DNA from: Octopus bimaculoides
Taxonomy: Eukaryota
Length of the DNA: 32,108 nucleotides
Direction of reading: 5' to 3'
Assembly: GCF_001194135.2 (NCBI RefSeq)
Contig: NC_068983.1
Location: forward strand, 7,925,025-7,957,132
Position numbers and translations under genes: made by a program. The notes beneath the pieces were generated by a model. The model did no database searches. It saw only the letters and a list, made by a program, of their open reading frames with translations, and had not been told where the DNA came from. This document shows, in pieces, positions 1 through 12,603 of this stretch. The stretch's first letter is position 1. Each line of letters begins with the position of its first letter.

Positions 1-170
1 TATATATATAGATATATATATATATATGCATATATACATATGCAAATATATATATACACATATGCACACATACACACATATATATATATGTATGTATGTA
101 TGAGTGTATGTACGTATATACGTACGTACATACTTACATTCACTCATACATACATATATACGTACATACA
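1..170. repeat. Mixed (TA)n/(CA)n/(CATA)n microsatellite
   Basis: Direct reading of low-complexity dinucleotide and tetranucleotide runs. Confidence 0.9.
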
Positions 171-409
171 TATTTCAGAGCATTTGCATCTTGAACTTTG
201 GTGATGTTAAAAACAATCAAGATCAAAGTTCTACGTTCAACTTCTATTCTACTTCGTCTCGGCAATCGTGCGTCAAATCTCATATCCTGATTCAAAAACT
301 CAAGTACCAGTAATATAATGAGGTTAGCGTCAACTTGAAACTTGATACCCTTTAGAAAATAAGGTATTTAGAGTGGTTCAAAGCAATATACTGCTAGAAT
401 AACTACATT

Positions 410-441
410 GATGTATGTATGTATGTATGTATGTATGTATG

Positions 442-475
<34 letters not shown>

Positions 476-490
476 TGTATGTATGTATGT
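410..490. repeat. (TATG)n microsatellite
   Basis: Near-perfect tandem TATG units. Confidence 0.95.
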
Positions 491-693
491 CTCTTTTGTA
501 TTTAACCGTTTAAATTTTACTTTGTAAAACGAGTTGGTTTCTAACAAAGATACAAAGCTCCATCTTTATAATCCGGATATAGAAGCTGGTGGTTTCGAAA
601 CAGTTGTTTTGATGGGAATGTTCCAACACTATTCTTTGTGCTGGCATTTGTTCACATATTCAATAACAGGAGGATTTTCTATATTTATTTCAG

Positions 694-757
694 GACAACC
701 TTTTTTCCGAATGAATGGCGTTGTATACTTTTTGAGTGACAACGTCATGTCGCATAG
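694..757 (+). CDS. Candidate internal coding exon (G)QPFFRMNGVVYFLSDNVMSH, loosely like a C-type lectin domain N-terminus
   Basis: Strong acceptor ttttctatatttatttcag|G and donor TAG|GTATGT; 64 nt; only one of three frames is open (phase 1 to 2). The lectin resemblance is by eye only. Confidence 0.45.
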
Positions 758-1002
758 GTATGTATGTATGTATGTATGTATGTATATATGCATCTATGTA
801 TGTTTCTATTTTTTAATTATTACAAATCTTCTACTGAGGAGGGAGCCGGTTTCCAACAAAGATACAAGGCTCCATCTTTGGGATGTAGTTAACACAGACA
901 AATTCACATTTGAAACTTGAGAAAAGTCTTGCATATTTTTACTGTTCCACTCACAGATTACACTTCTAATGTACGAATCAGTCAGTCAATTTGCATATAT
1001 AT

Positions 1003-1309
1003 AGCTCTCTCTCTCTCTCTCTCTCTCNNNNNNNNNNNNNNNNNNNNNNNNNNNNNNNNNNNNNNNNNNNNNNNNNNNNNNNNNNNNNNNNNNNNNNNNN
1101 NNNNNNNNNNNNNNNNNNNNNNNNNNNNNNNNNNNNNNNNNNNNNNNNNNNNNNNNNNNNNNNNNNNNNNNNNNNNNNNNNNNNNNNNNNNNNNNNNNNN
1201 NNNNNNNNNNNNNNNNNNNNNNNNNNNNNNNNNNNNNNNNNNNNNNNNNNNNNNNNNNNNNNNNNNNNNNNNNNNNNNNNNNNNNNNNNNNNNNNNNNNN
1301 NNNNNNNNN

Positions 1310-1351
<42 letters not shown>

Positions 1352-1354
1352 TAC

Positions 1355-1403
<49 letters not shown>
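1003..1403. repeat. (CT)n - N gap (1028-1309) - (TA)n/(TG)n microsatellite block
   Basis: Direct reading. Confidence 0.9.
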
Positions 1404-1406
<3 letters not shown>

Positions 1407-2251
1407 TCTTATATGTGTGTCTGCGCGCGAGTGCGTGTGGTTCTACAATTGAAACGACAGAAAAGGAAATGAATATCAACTAAATAAATGTATTGAGATA
1501 TATTTTATACCTTCTACTTTTTGGGTTGTAATGAAAGCAAAAAATCACATCTAACTTCATAACATCTAACTTCTAACTTCATAACAACCAGAACAAATTA
1601 AGAATATACATATATACATACGTGCATACATACATACATACAAACGTACATACGTACATACATACATGCATAGATACATATAATTAGATAATAACAGTAT
1701 ATATTTTTATGAGCTACTAATAGTTTCATGCTGTGCAAAACAACTCAGACAACATTTTATAACACGTCTGGTGCTTTCACGCAATCCTCAGGCTCTGTAT
1801 TTATTAGATATTTAACTCTTACCAGATGGACTACTTTTGGTTGATCTTACCACCACGGAACAATATGCTACACACACACACACACACACACACAAATTTC
1901 ATAAAAGAAGTATGCATAATTTTGAATAAATCACAATTATAATGGAGAGGGTTGAAAAAACCTTTTTATGTCTAGAAATAGCAGTTAAAACCACCATATA
2001 TATATATATANNNNNNNNNNNNNNNNNNNNNNNNNNNNNNNNNNNNNNNNNNNNNNNNNNNNNNNNNNNNNNNNNNNNNNNNNNNNNNNNNNNNNNNNNN
2101 NNNNNNNNNNNNNNNNATATGTATATAATTATAAATAAGGGCAACAGAAAACATTTTCCTACACCAATAGGCTGAAAAATAGATCTTAAACCATCTAGCC
2201 ACCTCCAATGTTTTTCACTATAAATACACATGGACACACATATAATACAGA

Positions 2252-2254
<3 letters not shown>

Positions 2255-2307
<53 letters not shown>

Positions 2308-2345
2308 ATCACATGTATATATATATATATGTATATACATGTACG
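2255..2345. repeat. (CA)n followed by (TA)n microsatellite
   Basis: Direct reading. Confidence 0.9.
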
Positions 2346-2767
2346 TGAGTGAGTGTGTGTTTGTGTGTGTGTGTGTGTGCATGGAGGCTCGTGACATAGT
2401 GGTTATTTTATTACACACACATACACACACAATATATAAAAATAAGGGTACAGTCAAACACTATATAACATATATTTTTAATTTATAGAAATAATCCGCG
2501 TTTCTAGTATGTGTTGTGCTAGTTGTCATAGTGGAGGATCGAATTCAAAAATAATAAAATCTATGACGTTTTCCATAATAATTAGGAGTTGAATAGAATC
2601 GATGGATGTGATTGGCTAAAATTACGAAAACTTTAACCTCTAAAAATTTTTAATTCTTTTCTTATGTTAAAAGTTTTGTGATTTTTATAATCCGCATGGT
2701 GTAAAAATCTTTGATAAAATCAGGCTCTTTGCATTAAAACAAAACAGTTCCACTAAATTTCACTCAC

Positions 2768-2906
2768 AAGGCATTGGTTAACATGATCCTTCAGTATGAG
2801 ACACTGATTCAAGTTGGTTCTGCATTTGGAGCGAACGCGGGAACACGTTTTTCCGAAGCAATTTTTTGTAACTCCATTTTTGACTGCATCTGTATTTGAT
2901 GATGTA
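2768..2906 (-). CDS. Candidate Cys-rich coding exon TSSNTDAVKNGVTKNCFGKTCSRVRSKCRTNLNQCLILKDHVNQCL
   Basis: Minus-strand acceptor tttttctttacttcaag| and donor CTT|GTGAGT; 139 nt; only one frame is open (phase 2 to 0); 5 Cys in 46 aa. No family recognised. Confidence 0.35.
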
Positions 2907-3079
2907 CTTGAAGTAAAGAAAAATGTTTAACTTTCTGTAAAGCAGTTAAGATACTAAAGAACATACAAGAGAAAGATGAAAAATAAGTAATTTTGTAGCA
3001 GCAATCTCGGAAGATATGCAATTTCAACGGCGACACAGTGTATGTGACTAGTTTCTCAATATGAAACTATATTTCTTAC

Positions 3080-3108
3080 TTAGCGTCTAGGCAGATAGTG
3101 GCAGAATA
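3080..3108 (-). CDS. Candidate 29-nt exon YSATICLDA(N)
   Basis: Acceptor aattctggtcgtttag| and donor AA|GTAAGA. The single open frame ends in phase 2, matching the start phase of 2768-2906 across a 173-nt intron. Confidence 0.25.
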
Positions 3109-3379
3109 CTAAACGACCAGAATTAAAGATGAAAAGACACTATATTTTTTTTAGAAGCTAGAGGAGTGGGTGGAGGGTTATTCCATCTTTAGATATTATT
3201 TTACTTTATCGCAGTTCATTAATGCTGTCTAGACAAAATCCATAATTGTAAGAATGATTTACGGCGAGATAATTCTGACAATATGATCAAGCTAATCGTC
3301 CGTTTAAAATAAACGATCAGAGCAGCTAATGAAGCTTTCATTTCACACTCTTTGGTATTACTTATTTTTTTGACATATT

Positions 3380-3406
3380 AATTGTTATTATCATTATTAT
3401 CATTGC

Positions 3407-3446
<40 letters not shown>
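3380..3446. repeat. (TTA)n trinucleotide microsatellite
   Basis: Direct reading; it produces the poly-N ORF 3378-3578. Confidence 0.9.
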
Positions 3447-3852
3447 GGTAATATTGTTGCTTAATTTTATAACACTGAGTATCTTCTGTTTTCTATGAAA
3501 TGAAATATTGCGAATGTGGCGGCGGTGGTGGTGGTAGCGGCAATGAAGAAAAAAATAAACAAAAAAACAAGCGAACATTTAAAAGAATTCTCTATGTAAG
3601 GTCTCGATCAGTTAGAAATGGTAGTAAGATCTCCAGTTTTAAAAAAGAAATTATGTGATACAGAATATATTGGAAGTTATACTAAGCCTGGGAGAAAAAA
3701 TATAGATGCATTGACAAACGGATGATTATCTTTGATCAAATGTGTGTTCCGCCAAGTCTTATTCAGGGAATAAATAGCAATAACTATCAATATTATGTAA
3801 TAGCGCTGCTCTAAAATACATTATTGACATATTAAGTTCTGTATATTATGAA

Positions 3853-5231
3853 TCTATATATATAAAAATGAGAATGTGTGTCTGTCTGTCTGTCTGTGTG
3901 TGTGAATCCCTAAAACTCGAGAACTACGCAACCAATTTCATTCAAATTTTACACATGCCTTACTTAGGGTTCCAGTTGTGTTTTAGTAAAAAAAAATTAT
4001 TAACTTCTTGCAGAGTTCGAGCACACGGCAACATAATATCTCCTCCACTATTTAAGTATTACGTGTCAAAAGTGAAACAAAAACACTCATGTAAAATACT
4101 TTCACTTTAAAAATGAAACTATTCCACTAACTGAAACAATCACATTTCGATACTGTAGTGACAGATACTTTCACAGAGAGAGAAAGAGAGANNNNNNNNN
4201 NNNNNNNNNNNNNNNNNNNNNNNNNNNNNNNNNNNNNNNNNNNNNNNNNNNNNNNNNNNNNNNNNNNNNNNNNNNNNNNNNNNNNNNNNNNNNNNNNNNN
4301 NNNNNNNNNNNNNNNNNNNNNNNNNNNNNNNNNNNNNNNNNNNNNNNNATGTATATGTATACATATAGATGTACACGTATATGTATATATATATAGATCT
4401 ATACATACATGTATATGTATACATATGTGTAGATGTATATATATATATATAGATGTACATGTAATATGTACACATATATACATATATACATGCATACAGA
4501 TATCTATACATATATACACCCATCACACACACATACACATGCACACAAACACACACATTAGTCATTTGTCTTCTTATCCAAAAGTACGTCAAAAGTACTG
4601 AATGGATCTTTATGAAATTTAGAAATTATATTCTTTGCATAACGGCCATAACTCCCATGAAAATTCATATAGTTTTGATGTTAATGAAATTTTAATCCGT
4701 ACATAACAGATGAGCATTATTTAGAAAATGATGTCACACGTTATCGAGGCTACCATTCTTTCTGGATGCACAAAAGGGGATGACGTCTTTATTCCAAGAA
4801 TTCCTCTTACTCCATCAGGAGCAGACATTCCTTTTNNNNNNNNNNNNNNNACAAATATCAGGGTCAAACACTGTCTGTAGCTGGTCTTCTCTTGGAAGAG
4901 CCCTGCTTCTCACATGGACAACTGTATGTTGGCTGCTCAAGAGTGGGCAGCAACAAAAAACCTATTTGTATATGCTCCACAAGGGAAAACAAGGAACATA
5001 GTTTACAATGAGGTGTTATAATCACAACAGCAAGAAAGTATGTACATGATCACCTTCTTTTACGAAACTTCATTGACTTTCATATATTTATATTGATATA
5101 CATATATATACGTGTGTTTGGGTGCGTGTGTGTATATACATCTCTATATATAAAGATGATGCGTAGTCTAGACGGCGTTTTTAGATTTCATTATTCTCTT
5201 TAACCCGGGCAACGCCGGGTATTTCTGCTAG
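3853..5231 (+). mobile_element. Non-autonomous Helitron (rolling-circle transposon)
   Basis: 5' A|TCTATATATATAAAA at 3852/3853; 3' hairpin ACCCGG-gcaacg-CCGGGT (5203-5220) then CTAG|T (5228-5232); insertion between A and T; internal Pif1-like helicase C-terminus. All are canonical Helitron hallmarks. Confidence 0.85.
4725..5021 (+). pseudogene. Helitron RepHel Pif1-family helicase C-terminal fragment
   Basis: Translates as KMMSHVIEATILSGCTKGDDVFIPRIPLTPSGADIPF-[15 N]-KYQGQTLSVAGLLLEEPCFSHGQLYVGCSRVGS-(frameshift)-NLFVYAPQGKTRNIVYNEVL*. This matches the Helitron helicase motifs SQGQ and FSHGQLYVA.SRV. Confidence 0.9.
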
Positions 5232-5244
5232 TATTGTATAAAAA

Positions 5245-5245
<1 letters not shown>

Positions 5246-5308
<63 letters not shown>
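5246..5308. repeat. (TATC)n microsatellite
   Basis: Direct reading. Confidence 0.95.
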
Positions 5309-5309
<1 letters not shown>

Positions 5310-5512
5310 CTTTTAATAGTTGAGTGCTGTTAGTACGATAATAATGGCTTCACGGAAATAAATTCGCTGTTATTCAATATTAGGTTGAACATTTGCGAAT
5401 ATATTTTCACGAAACCATTGGTATTGTACGGGTAGCGATAAATTATTAAAAGAAAATTTCCATTTCTCAATTACAGTGTTGATTAATCACTTTCTAGTTC
5501 ATGGCTTATGTT

Positions 5513-5514
<2 letters not shown>

Positions 5515-5553
<39 letters not shown>

Positions 5554-5663
5554 TCGCACGCGCTTATGTGTCTGTATATATGCATGTATATACATACATA
5601 CACACAACACACACACGTATATGCATACATACACATATATGTATATATACATATATATACATA

Positions 5664-5721
<58 letters not shown>

Positions 5722-5747
5722 CGTATGTATATGTATATACATATATG

Positions 5748-5790
<43 letters not shown>

Positions 5791-5840
5791 ACATACATAC
5801 ACATGCACATATAGATAGATAGATTGAAAGATAGATTGAT
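5515..5840. repeat. Compound (TA)n/(CA)n/(GATA)n microsatellite
   Basis: Direct reading; source of six spurious YI/HT ORFs. Confidence 0.95.
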
Positions 5841-6725
5841 AAACTAACAGAAACACTTTTAGCACATGAAATTATTAATTTTTAAACACAAGAATGCAGT
5901 ATGTATGCATAAAAATATTTGAAGAGAAATACATTAGGGAATATAACAGAATTCGATAACATCGTTGTACGGCTCTTACTCTTCATACGTGATGTTTACT
6001 GCTGTGTGAGTGACAGTAGAGCAATGAAAGTTGCTAAAAAGACGAGCAGTAGTCTTCTTTCCTATAGCTCATCATCATCATTAGCATAATCTGCTGCAGA
6101 TACGAAAACTCACCCAATCGCAGATTGACGTTTATAGTATACATATTCTTTGTAGACCTCCGTGTACGAACAGAGCCTATTTTGAAGTTCTATCTTCGGC
6201 TTTGTGCAACAATTTATACGAATATTTAACTTTTCGCTCATGTGCAACGTGGTGCAATACACTCGTTCTTATTCTTGATCCATATCCCCAAGAACTGTTC
6301 CGATTTATGTATCACTTCATATTTATGAAAAGACAATTTTCCGCCGCCAGATTTATGAACAAACAATTTCCGCTCATTTAACAGAAATCCTTAGGTAAAA
6401 AATTCCAGCACCATCTTTTCTATGTAGACAGGACCTAATTGTCAGCTTATATTACAGTACTGAATTTTTATTTTATTTTTATTCTACCCCTGCCCCCACT
6501 CCTCAGTATATGCTTTACGATGTCCAGGTTTTCTTCATTTTTTCACTTCCGCTCATTTTTCTTCATTGCTATGTATTACTCTTCCTCTTTCGTGCGTTGT
6601 CATAGTGAGGGACAAACATCTGCTTTTCTTCATTTCTCAAGCTCTCTCATGCCTCTTTGTACCTCCTCTTACTGGCTTGACACAAATCTGTAAGACACCC
6701 ATGACATCCCTCACTGATGGTACTA

Positions 6726-6959
6726 TAACTCCTTTTACTAGCGGTAGTCCTTTAAACCAGTTATATCAGACCCAGTTATTCCGTATGTGTTACGTTCATA
6801 CCGACTAGATCAAACCTCACACACCTACCCTACAATGTCATTCTAAAAATAAACCACTGCATCTTCGAAATCTTGAAGCTACCAGGTATTGCATGATTAA
6901 ATAAAAACAATATGAATGAATAAACTTTACATTTTTAAGAATTAATTCTATTGGGTTAA
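6726..6959. mobile_element. Degenerate MITE with TTAA/CCC-type (piggyBac-like) end
   Basis: Right end GGGTTAA (6953-6959) and degenerate left end TAACTCCTTT. The internal CACCTACCCTACAATGTCATTCTAAAAATAAAC is recalled as a high-copy Octopus repeat and was not verified by search. Confidence 0.45.
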
Positions 6960-7172
6960 TACGCTGCATTACACAGCGAGTCAAAACTTCCAACCATCAC
7001 ACAGAAGAATGGTAAAACAAGACATCGTATTGTGGTCCTCATATTCAAAGACTGCCGTTCCATTGTACACAGGTCTGTCATGAATCTCTGTATATTCTTA
7101 ACCACATTCAGAAATACAAACTTACAGATACAGCCTGTAAGCGGAATAGTGAAAGATATGCAAGACAGGCTT

Positions 7173-7579
7173 AGGAGTGACTTTGTGGTAAGTAGCTTGC
7201 TTACGAACCACATGGTTCCGGGATCAGTCCCATTGCGTGGCACCTTGGGCAAGTGTCTTCTACTATAGCCTCTGGCCGAGCAAAGCCTTGTGAATCGATT
7301 TAGTAGACGGAAACTGAAAGAAGCCCGTCGTATATACGTATATATATATGTATGTGTGTGTATATGTTTGTGTGTCTGTGTTTATCCCCACCAACATCGC
7401 TTGGAAACCGATGGTGGTGTGTTTACATCCCCGTAAATTAGCGGTTCAGCAAAAGTGACCGATAGAATAAGTACTAGGCTTACAAAGAATAAGTCCTGGG
7501 GTCGATTTGCTCGACTAAAGGCGGTACTCCAGCATGGCCACAGTCAAATGAGTGAAACAAGTAAAAGAGTGAAGAGTAA
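7173..7579 (+). mobile_element. Full-length tRNA-derived SINE, family A
   Basis: tRNA-like head with A-box (TGTGGTAAG) and B-box-like (GGATCAGTCCC) segments; CORE-like CACCTTGGGCAAGTG; internal TA/TG tract; tail ...CCAGCATGGCCACAGTCAAATGAGTGAAACAAGTAAAAGA. Homologous to 29817-30285 and 17921-18298 in this window. Confidence 0.85.
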
Positions 7580-7709
7580 GACATTCCAGACTTTTCTTAA
7601 ATTCAACATATAATGTTGGTTGTGTTATCTACATTCCACCGATGTATCTTCATTAGAAACCAACTAATTCCATACAAGAAGACATGAAATAATTAAAAAC
7701 AGAAGTGAA

Positions 7710-8042
7710 TATACATACATACATACATGCTTATATACATGCATACATACATACATACATACATACATACATACATACATACATAAATACATACAAACAC
7801 ATATTACACACACACACGCACACAAACATATTCACACATACACACTTATATGGATATTTATATAATATGTATATGTATCGTCTCTTCTACTTTTAATTGC
7901 TTCAAGTCTTCCTGCATCGAAGGAACTGGCTTCTAACACACAGACACACATACACACGCACACACGCTAATACACAAACACATACACACATACAAACACA
8001 CGAACACAAAAATACATGCATAAATCTATATCTATACTTATG

Positions 8043-8123
<81 letters not shown>

Positions 8124-8170
8124 ATATCTGAATATACATACAAAAATTACATTCATACATACACGCACAT
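7710..8170. repeat. (CATA)n, (CA)n and (TATC)n microsatellite cluster
   Basis: Direct reading. Confidence 0.9.
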
Positions 8171-8479
8171 ATTCATAATTTAATGATTTTCAACAGGTAC
8201 ACACATGCAAGTAGCTACATGTATACACGCAACATTTCTTTGACATTGTGATTATCTTGAAAACAACAGAAAAATGATCCGCCTGTTAGTTATATTCGCT
8301 GTATAAAACTTGGCCGGTAAACTATTTCTCTAATTTAATCAGAAATATTTGATAAAACTTGAAAATGTTGAAAGGGAAGCAAGGAAATAAAATAGAAAAA
8401 ATAGATACATAAAGAAGATTGCATCGCCTAATTAGATTACAAAGCAAGTTGATAAGAGGATAAATCCATATTAATATAA

Positions 8480-8583
8480 ATATACATACATACTTATACA
8501 TATACATACATGCACATATATATATAAATATATATATATATATAAGTATATGTATATATATATATATATTTATTATACGTAGA

Positions 8584-8657
<74 letters not shown>

Positions 8658-8700
8658 TTAGTATAGGCATGTATTCCACACATGTAGTATATACATACAT
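8480..8700. repeat. (TA)n microsatellite
   Basis: Direct reading. Confidence 0.95.
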
Positions 8701-8927
8701 GTGTGTACTCAAAGATAGATAGACAAATCAATATATATAAAGTATATTTATACATATGAAGTTGAACAAACAAGAGAAGTTTAAGAGTAAACGGAAGATT
8801 CACACACTGTACACACACGCCCGCGTTCCCGCGAAAGGATGGATATAAATGAGACGAAGTGTCGACTGCAGAAAATAGGCGTCTTCTCTCGTGAAGAATT
8901 TATTTATCTATCTATCCATTCATATAG

Positions 8928-8969
<42 letters not shown>

Positions 8970-11034
8970 TCATGTCAGTCGTATGTATATGTGCTAGGAT
9001 ATGCATATGTATATGTATACATATATATGTTCATATGCTCACACACGCACAGAAATAAATATATACATAGATACATATCATATATATATATACATACTTA
9101 TATATAGATAGATATACACGCACACACATAAATTATATATACCTGCATGTTTGTATGTATGTATGTGTGTATGTTTCTCTGTGTGTCTTTAACATATTAT
9201 TCGATATACTGTTACAGTTATACATACAGTATATGTAAAAAAATTCATATATATGTATATATATACACATACAATATCCTACTGGTAATATAACAGGCTC
9301 ACTCGCGTACATGCACCCGCACACAGACACGTACGTACACACATACACACTCACACACAAAGAGACTTATATGTAACTTAAAAGTAAGTTATTGATACAA
9401 TAAAAATAGCTCAAAGAAAATTTCCTTACAAAATAAATATTATCTAACGTGAAATTTTATGCAAACAGTTTATTATGGACTTGATAGATATATGTAGACT
9501 TTTGTGTACGCGCTTCAAGTCTCAAGCACATGCAGCGATCGAAAATTTTCTATGTGAATACCTTTTCTTTACGTAATAGTAAACGTATTTGCTAGTTTTT
9601 CTCAGTATTTCCGACCTAGTTTCGGATTCAACATCATATTCTTCTATTGCTTTTAGTAATTGTAGATACAGAGGTACAAGACGACACCTGCACATGTATG
9701 TACACATGAAACAAAAGCCCATCCCGGCACTTAACGGTGGATTTTAGACACTGATTCAACTTTGAGTACACGTTGTATGTACTTATTATCTTATGTTATT
9801 TGGCATATTATTGCACAACCATGTATATATATATGTATATATATATATATATATNNNNNNNNNNNNNNNNNNNNNNNNNNNNNNNNNNNNNNNNNNNNNN
9901 NNNNNNNNNNNNNNNNNNNNNNNNNNNNNNNNNNNNNNNNNNNNNNNNNNNNNNNNNNNNNNNNNNNNNNNNNNNNNNNNNNNNNNNNNNNNNNNNNNNN
10001 NNNNNNNNNNNNNNNNNNNNNNNNNNNNNNNNNNNNNNNNNNNNNNNNNNNNNNNNNNNNNNNNNNNNNNNNNNNNNNNNNNNNNNNNNNNNNNNNNNNN
10101 NNNNNNNNNNNNNNNNNNNNNNNNNNNNNNNNNNNNNNNNNNNNNNNNNNNNNNNNNAAGTTAATAAGAGTAAAAAATCGATCACTATCCCTTACAGCTG
10201 TTTCAATTAAGTTCAGTGAAATTAAATGAACATTAAAATTATATTTCTGAGTTCAATCTCTTCATAGGGAGAAAGAATTTACCCTTAGATGTTTTATGTG
10301 TTAGTTATTTGAATCCTCCCGTTTATGATTAGTAATGGTGTATGTCGAAGTGAGGGAGCAATGGGTGTGTTATGGGTAAGAAATAATATGCAAATTAAAT
10401 TTTGGCAATGATAGTAATTAAATAGTGATTGAAGTGTAAATTTCAATGTGAATAAAGTACAATATGAATGAGGTGAGGAATTAAATTACATTCGTAGGTT
10501 ATATATAAAAATTGAGAAACACATATTCATATTAAAAAAAAATACACACATACTTGCTATCAGGCAATCATACAAAGTTTGATATCCACACATATTTTTA
10601 TACTTATAATGACGTTGATATATTTTATATCTTTATACCGTCTTATTTTTCATAAGTATATTTACGTTGATAATTTAATTTAATTATAATTTATATATTT
10701 TTTATATTATTACATTACACCTCCATTACACTTATGTTTATTATCTTTTTATACAAATCACCCATTAAAACTAACCTACTCTACACACCACGCGTAACCT
10801 TCTACCAACATGTGAGCATGCACAATTGCTAAATCTTATAACTATTTGATTTTTATTCTAGCCTCTGAATAGACACAATTGGTAACACATGCATCAGTTT
10901 GAATATATTTCAGAAACTACTTTTCAGTAATAGCCATATTAACACTTCTTTAACTACAACTAAAATGTCTGATATTCACTCACATCTTTATATCTATATA
11001 TTTTATACTTTTACAATTTATATCAATTTAGACG

Positions 11035-11056
11035 TATGTATGTATGTATGTATGTA

Positions 11057-11111
<55 letters not shown>

Positions 11112-11692
11112 NNNNNNNNNNNNNNNNNNNNNNNNNNNNNNNNNNNNNNNNNNNNNNNNNNNNNNNNNNNNNNNNNNNNNNNNNNNNNNNNNNNNNNNNN
11201 NNNNNNNNNNNNNNNNNNNNNNNNNNNNNNNNNNNNNNNNNNNNNNNNNNNNNNNNNNNNNNNNNNNNNNNNNNNNNNNNNNNNNNNNNNNNNNNNNNNN
11301 NNNNNNNNNNNNNNNNNNNNNNNNNNNNNNNNNNNNNNNNNNNNNNNNNNNNNNNNNNNNNNNNNNNNNNNNNNNNNNNNNNNNNNNNNNNNNNNNNNNN
11401 NNNNNNNNNNNNNNNNNNNNNNNNNNNNNNNNNNNNNNNNNNNNNNNNNNNNNNNNNNNNNNNNNNNNNNNNNNNNNNNNNNNNNNNNNNNNNNNNNNNN
11501 NNNNNNNNNNNNNNNNNNNNNNNNNNNNNNNNNNNNNNNNNNNNNNNNNNNNNNNNNNNNNNNNNNNNNNNNNNNNNNNNNNNNNNNNNNNNNNNNNNNN
11601 NNNNNNNNNNNNNNNNNNNNNNNNNNNNNNNNNNNNNNNNNNNNNNNNNNNNNNNNNNNNNNNNNNNNNNNNNNNNNNNNNNNNNNNNNNNN

Positions 11693-11755
<63 letters not shown>
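11035..11755. repeat. (TATG)n/(TG)n/(TA)n flanking a 580-N gap (11112-11691)
   Basis: Direct reading; the 250-290 aa ORFs here are only gap translations. Confidence 0.95.
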
Positions 11756-12315
11756 GCGTTTATGTTGATATGTATGTATATATGATGCCTATATGGATGT
11801 GAATTTCTTGCCCGTATATATGTATGAATACATGTGCGCGTATGAGTATATTAATTTTCCATTTTTATTTAAACTTACATTTATACGTACGTACGTGCGT
11901 GTATGCATGCTTTTATGCGTGTGTGAGCACTAATATGTATATATTTGCGTATTAATATATAAGTACATTAATACATGACATTCTAATCAATTCTAATCAA
12001 TAAGTTACCATTTAAATAATTACCTGTTTCATTATTCAAAGTTATTATTATGACCAATTGTTTATAATTGCGCTTATATATAAATTTCAAATAAATTCAT
12101 ATGAATATTTTATATAGTTCTCTCCCCTCTTACATCAGAATAACTTAATTGACAACAGCGACAAAATTTTAATCTTTTAAATGAATCTAAATAAACCGTT
12201 AGACATACTCAAATTGACTTGAAATGCCATTTGGTTTGAAACAATATTTATAATTCCACTAATGACTGAAACATATACATGTATGATCATGTATACATCT
12301 ACGTTTGTGCATTTG

Positions 12316-12398
<83 letters not shown>
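12316..12398. repeat. (CTAT)n microsatellite
   Basis: Direct reading. Confidence 0.95.
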
Positions 12399-12400
<2 letters not shown>

Positions 12401-12603
12401 TGTATATAATATTACGCTTTTTATTCGAATATATGCAAATCGAACCAAAATCCAATGAAATCATACGACATATATTATAGAAATAGAATGTATATACATT
12501 ATTTCGGCACACAATCTTATTGTTTTGGTGAGTTACCTGTGCATGAAGTGAGGCACACATTATGCACATCATCATCCAGACCACTTCAGGCCTATTTCTT
12601 CAG

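Noticed and set aside
179-345. Open frames on both strands ([10 protein letters not shown]... on +, GIKFQVDANL... on -) with plausible acceptors
   Set aside because: There is no convincing donor or recognisable motif, and the strand cannot be decided.
5979-6200. Minus-strand exons near 5979-6061 and ending at 6114, including the signal-peptide-like RRLLLVFLATFIALLSLTQQ
   Set aside because: The hydrophobic frame is closed by stops on both sides with no ATG. Joining needs a 52-nt intron with a purine-rich acceptor, and no consistent model emerges.
7126-7134. 9-nt minus-strand micro-exon with a strong acceptor and GTAAGT donor
   Set aside because: It is too short to evaluate and such pairs occur by chance. 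It illustrates the false-positive rate for all exon candidates here.
2799-9759. 14-nt exact match AGACACTGATTCAA near 2799 and 9746
   Set aside because: A few such matches are expected by chance in 32 kb of AT-rich DNA, and the flanks are unrelated.
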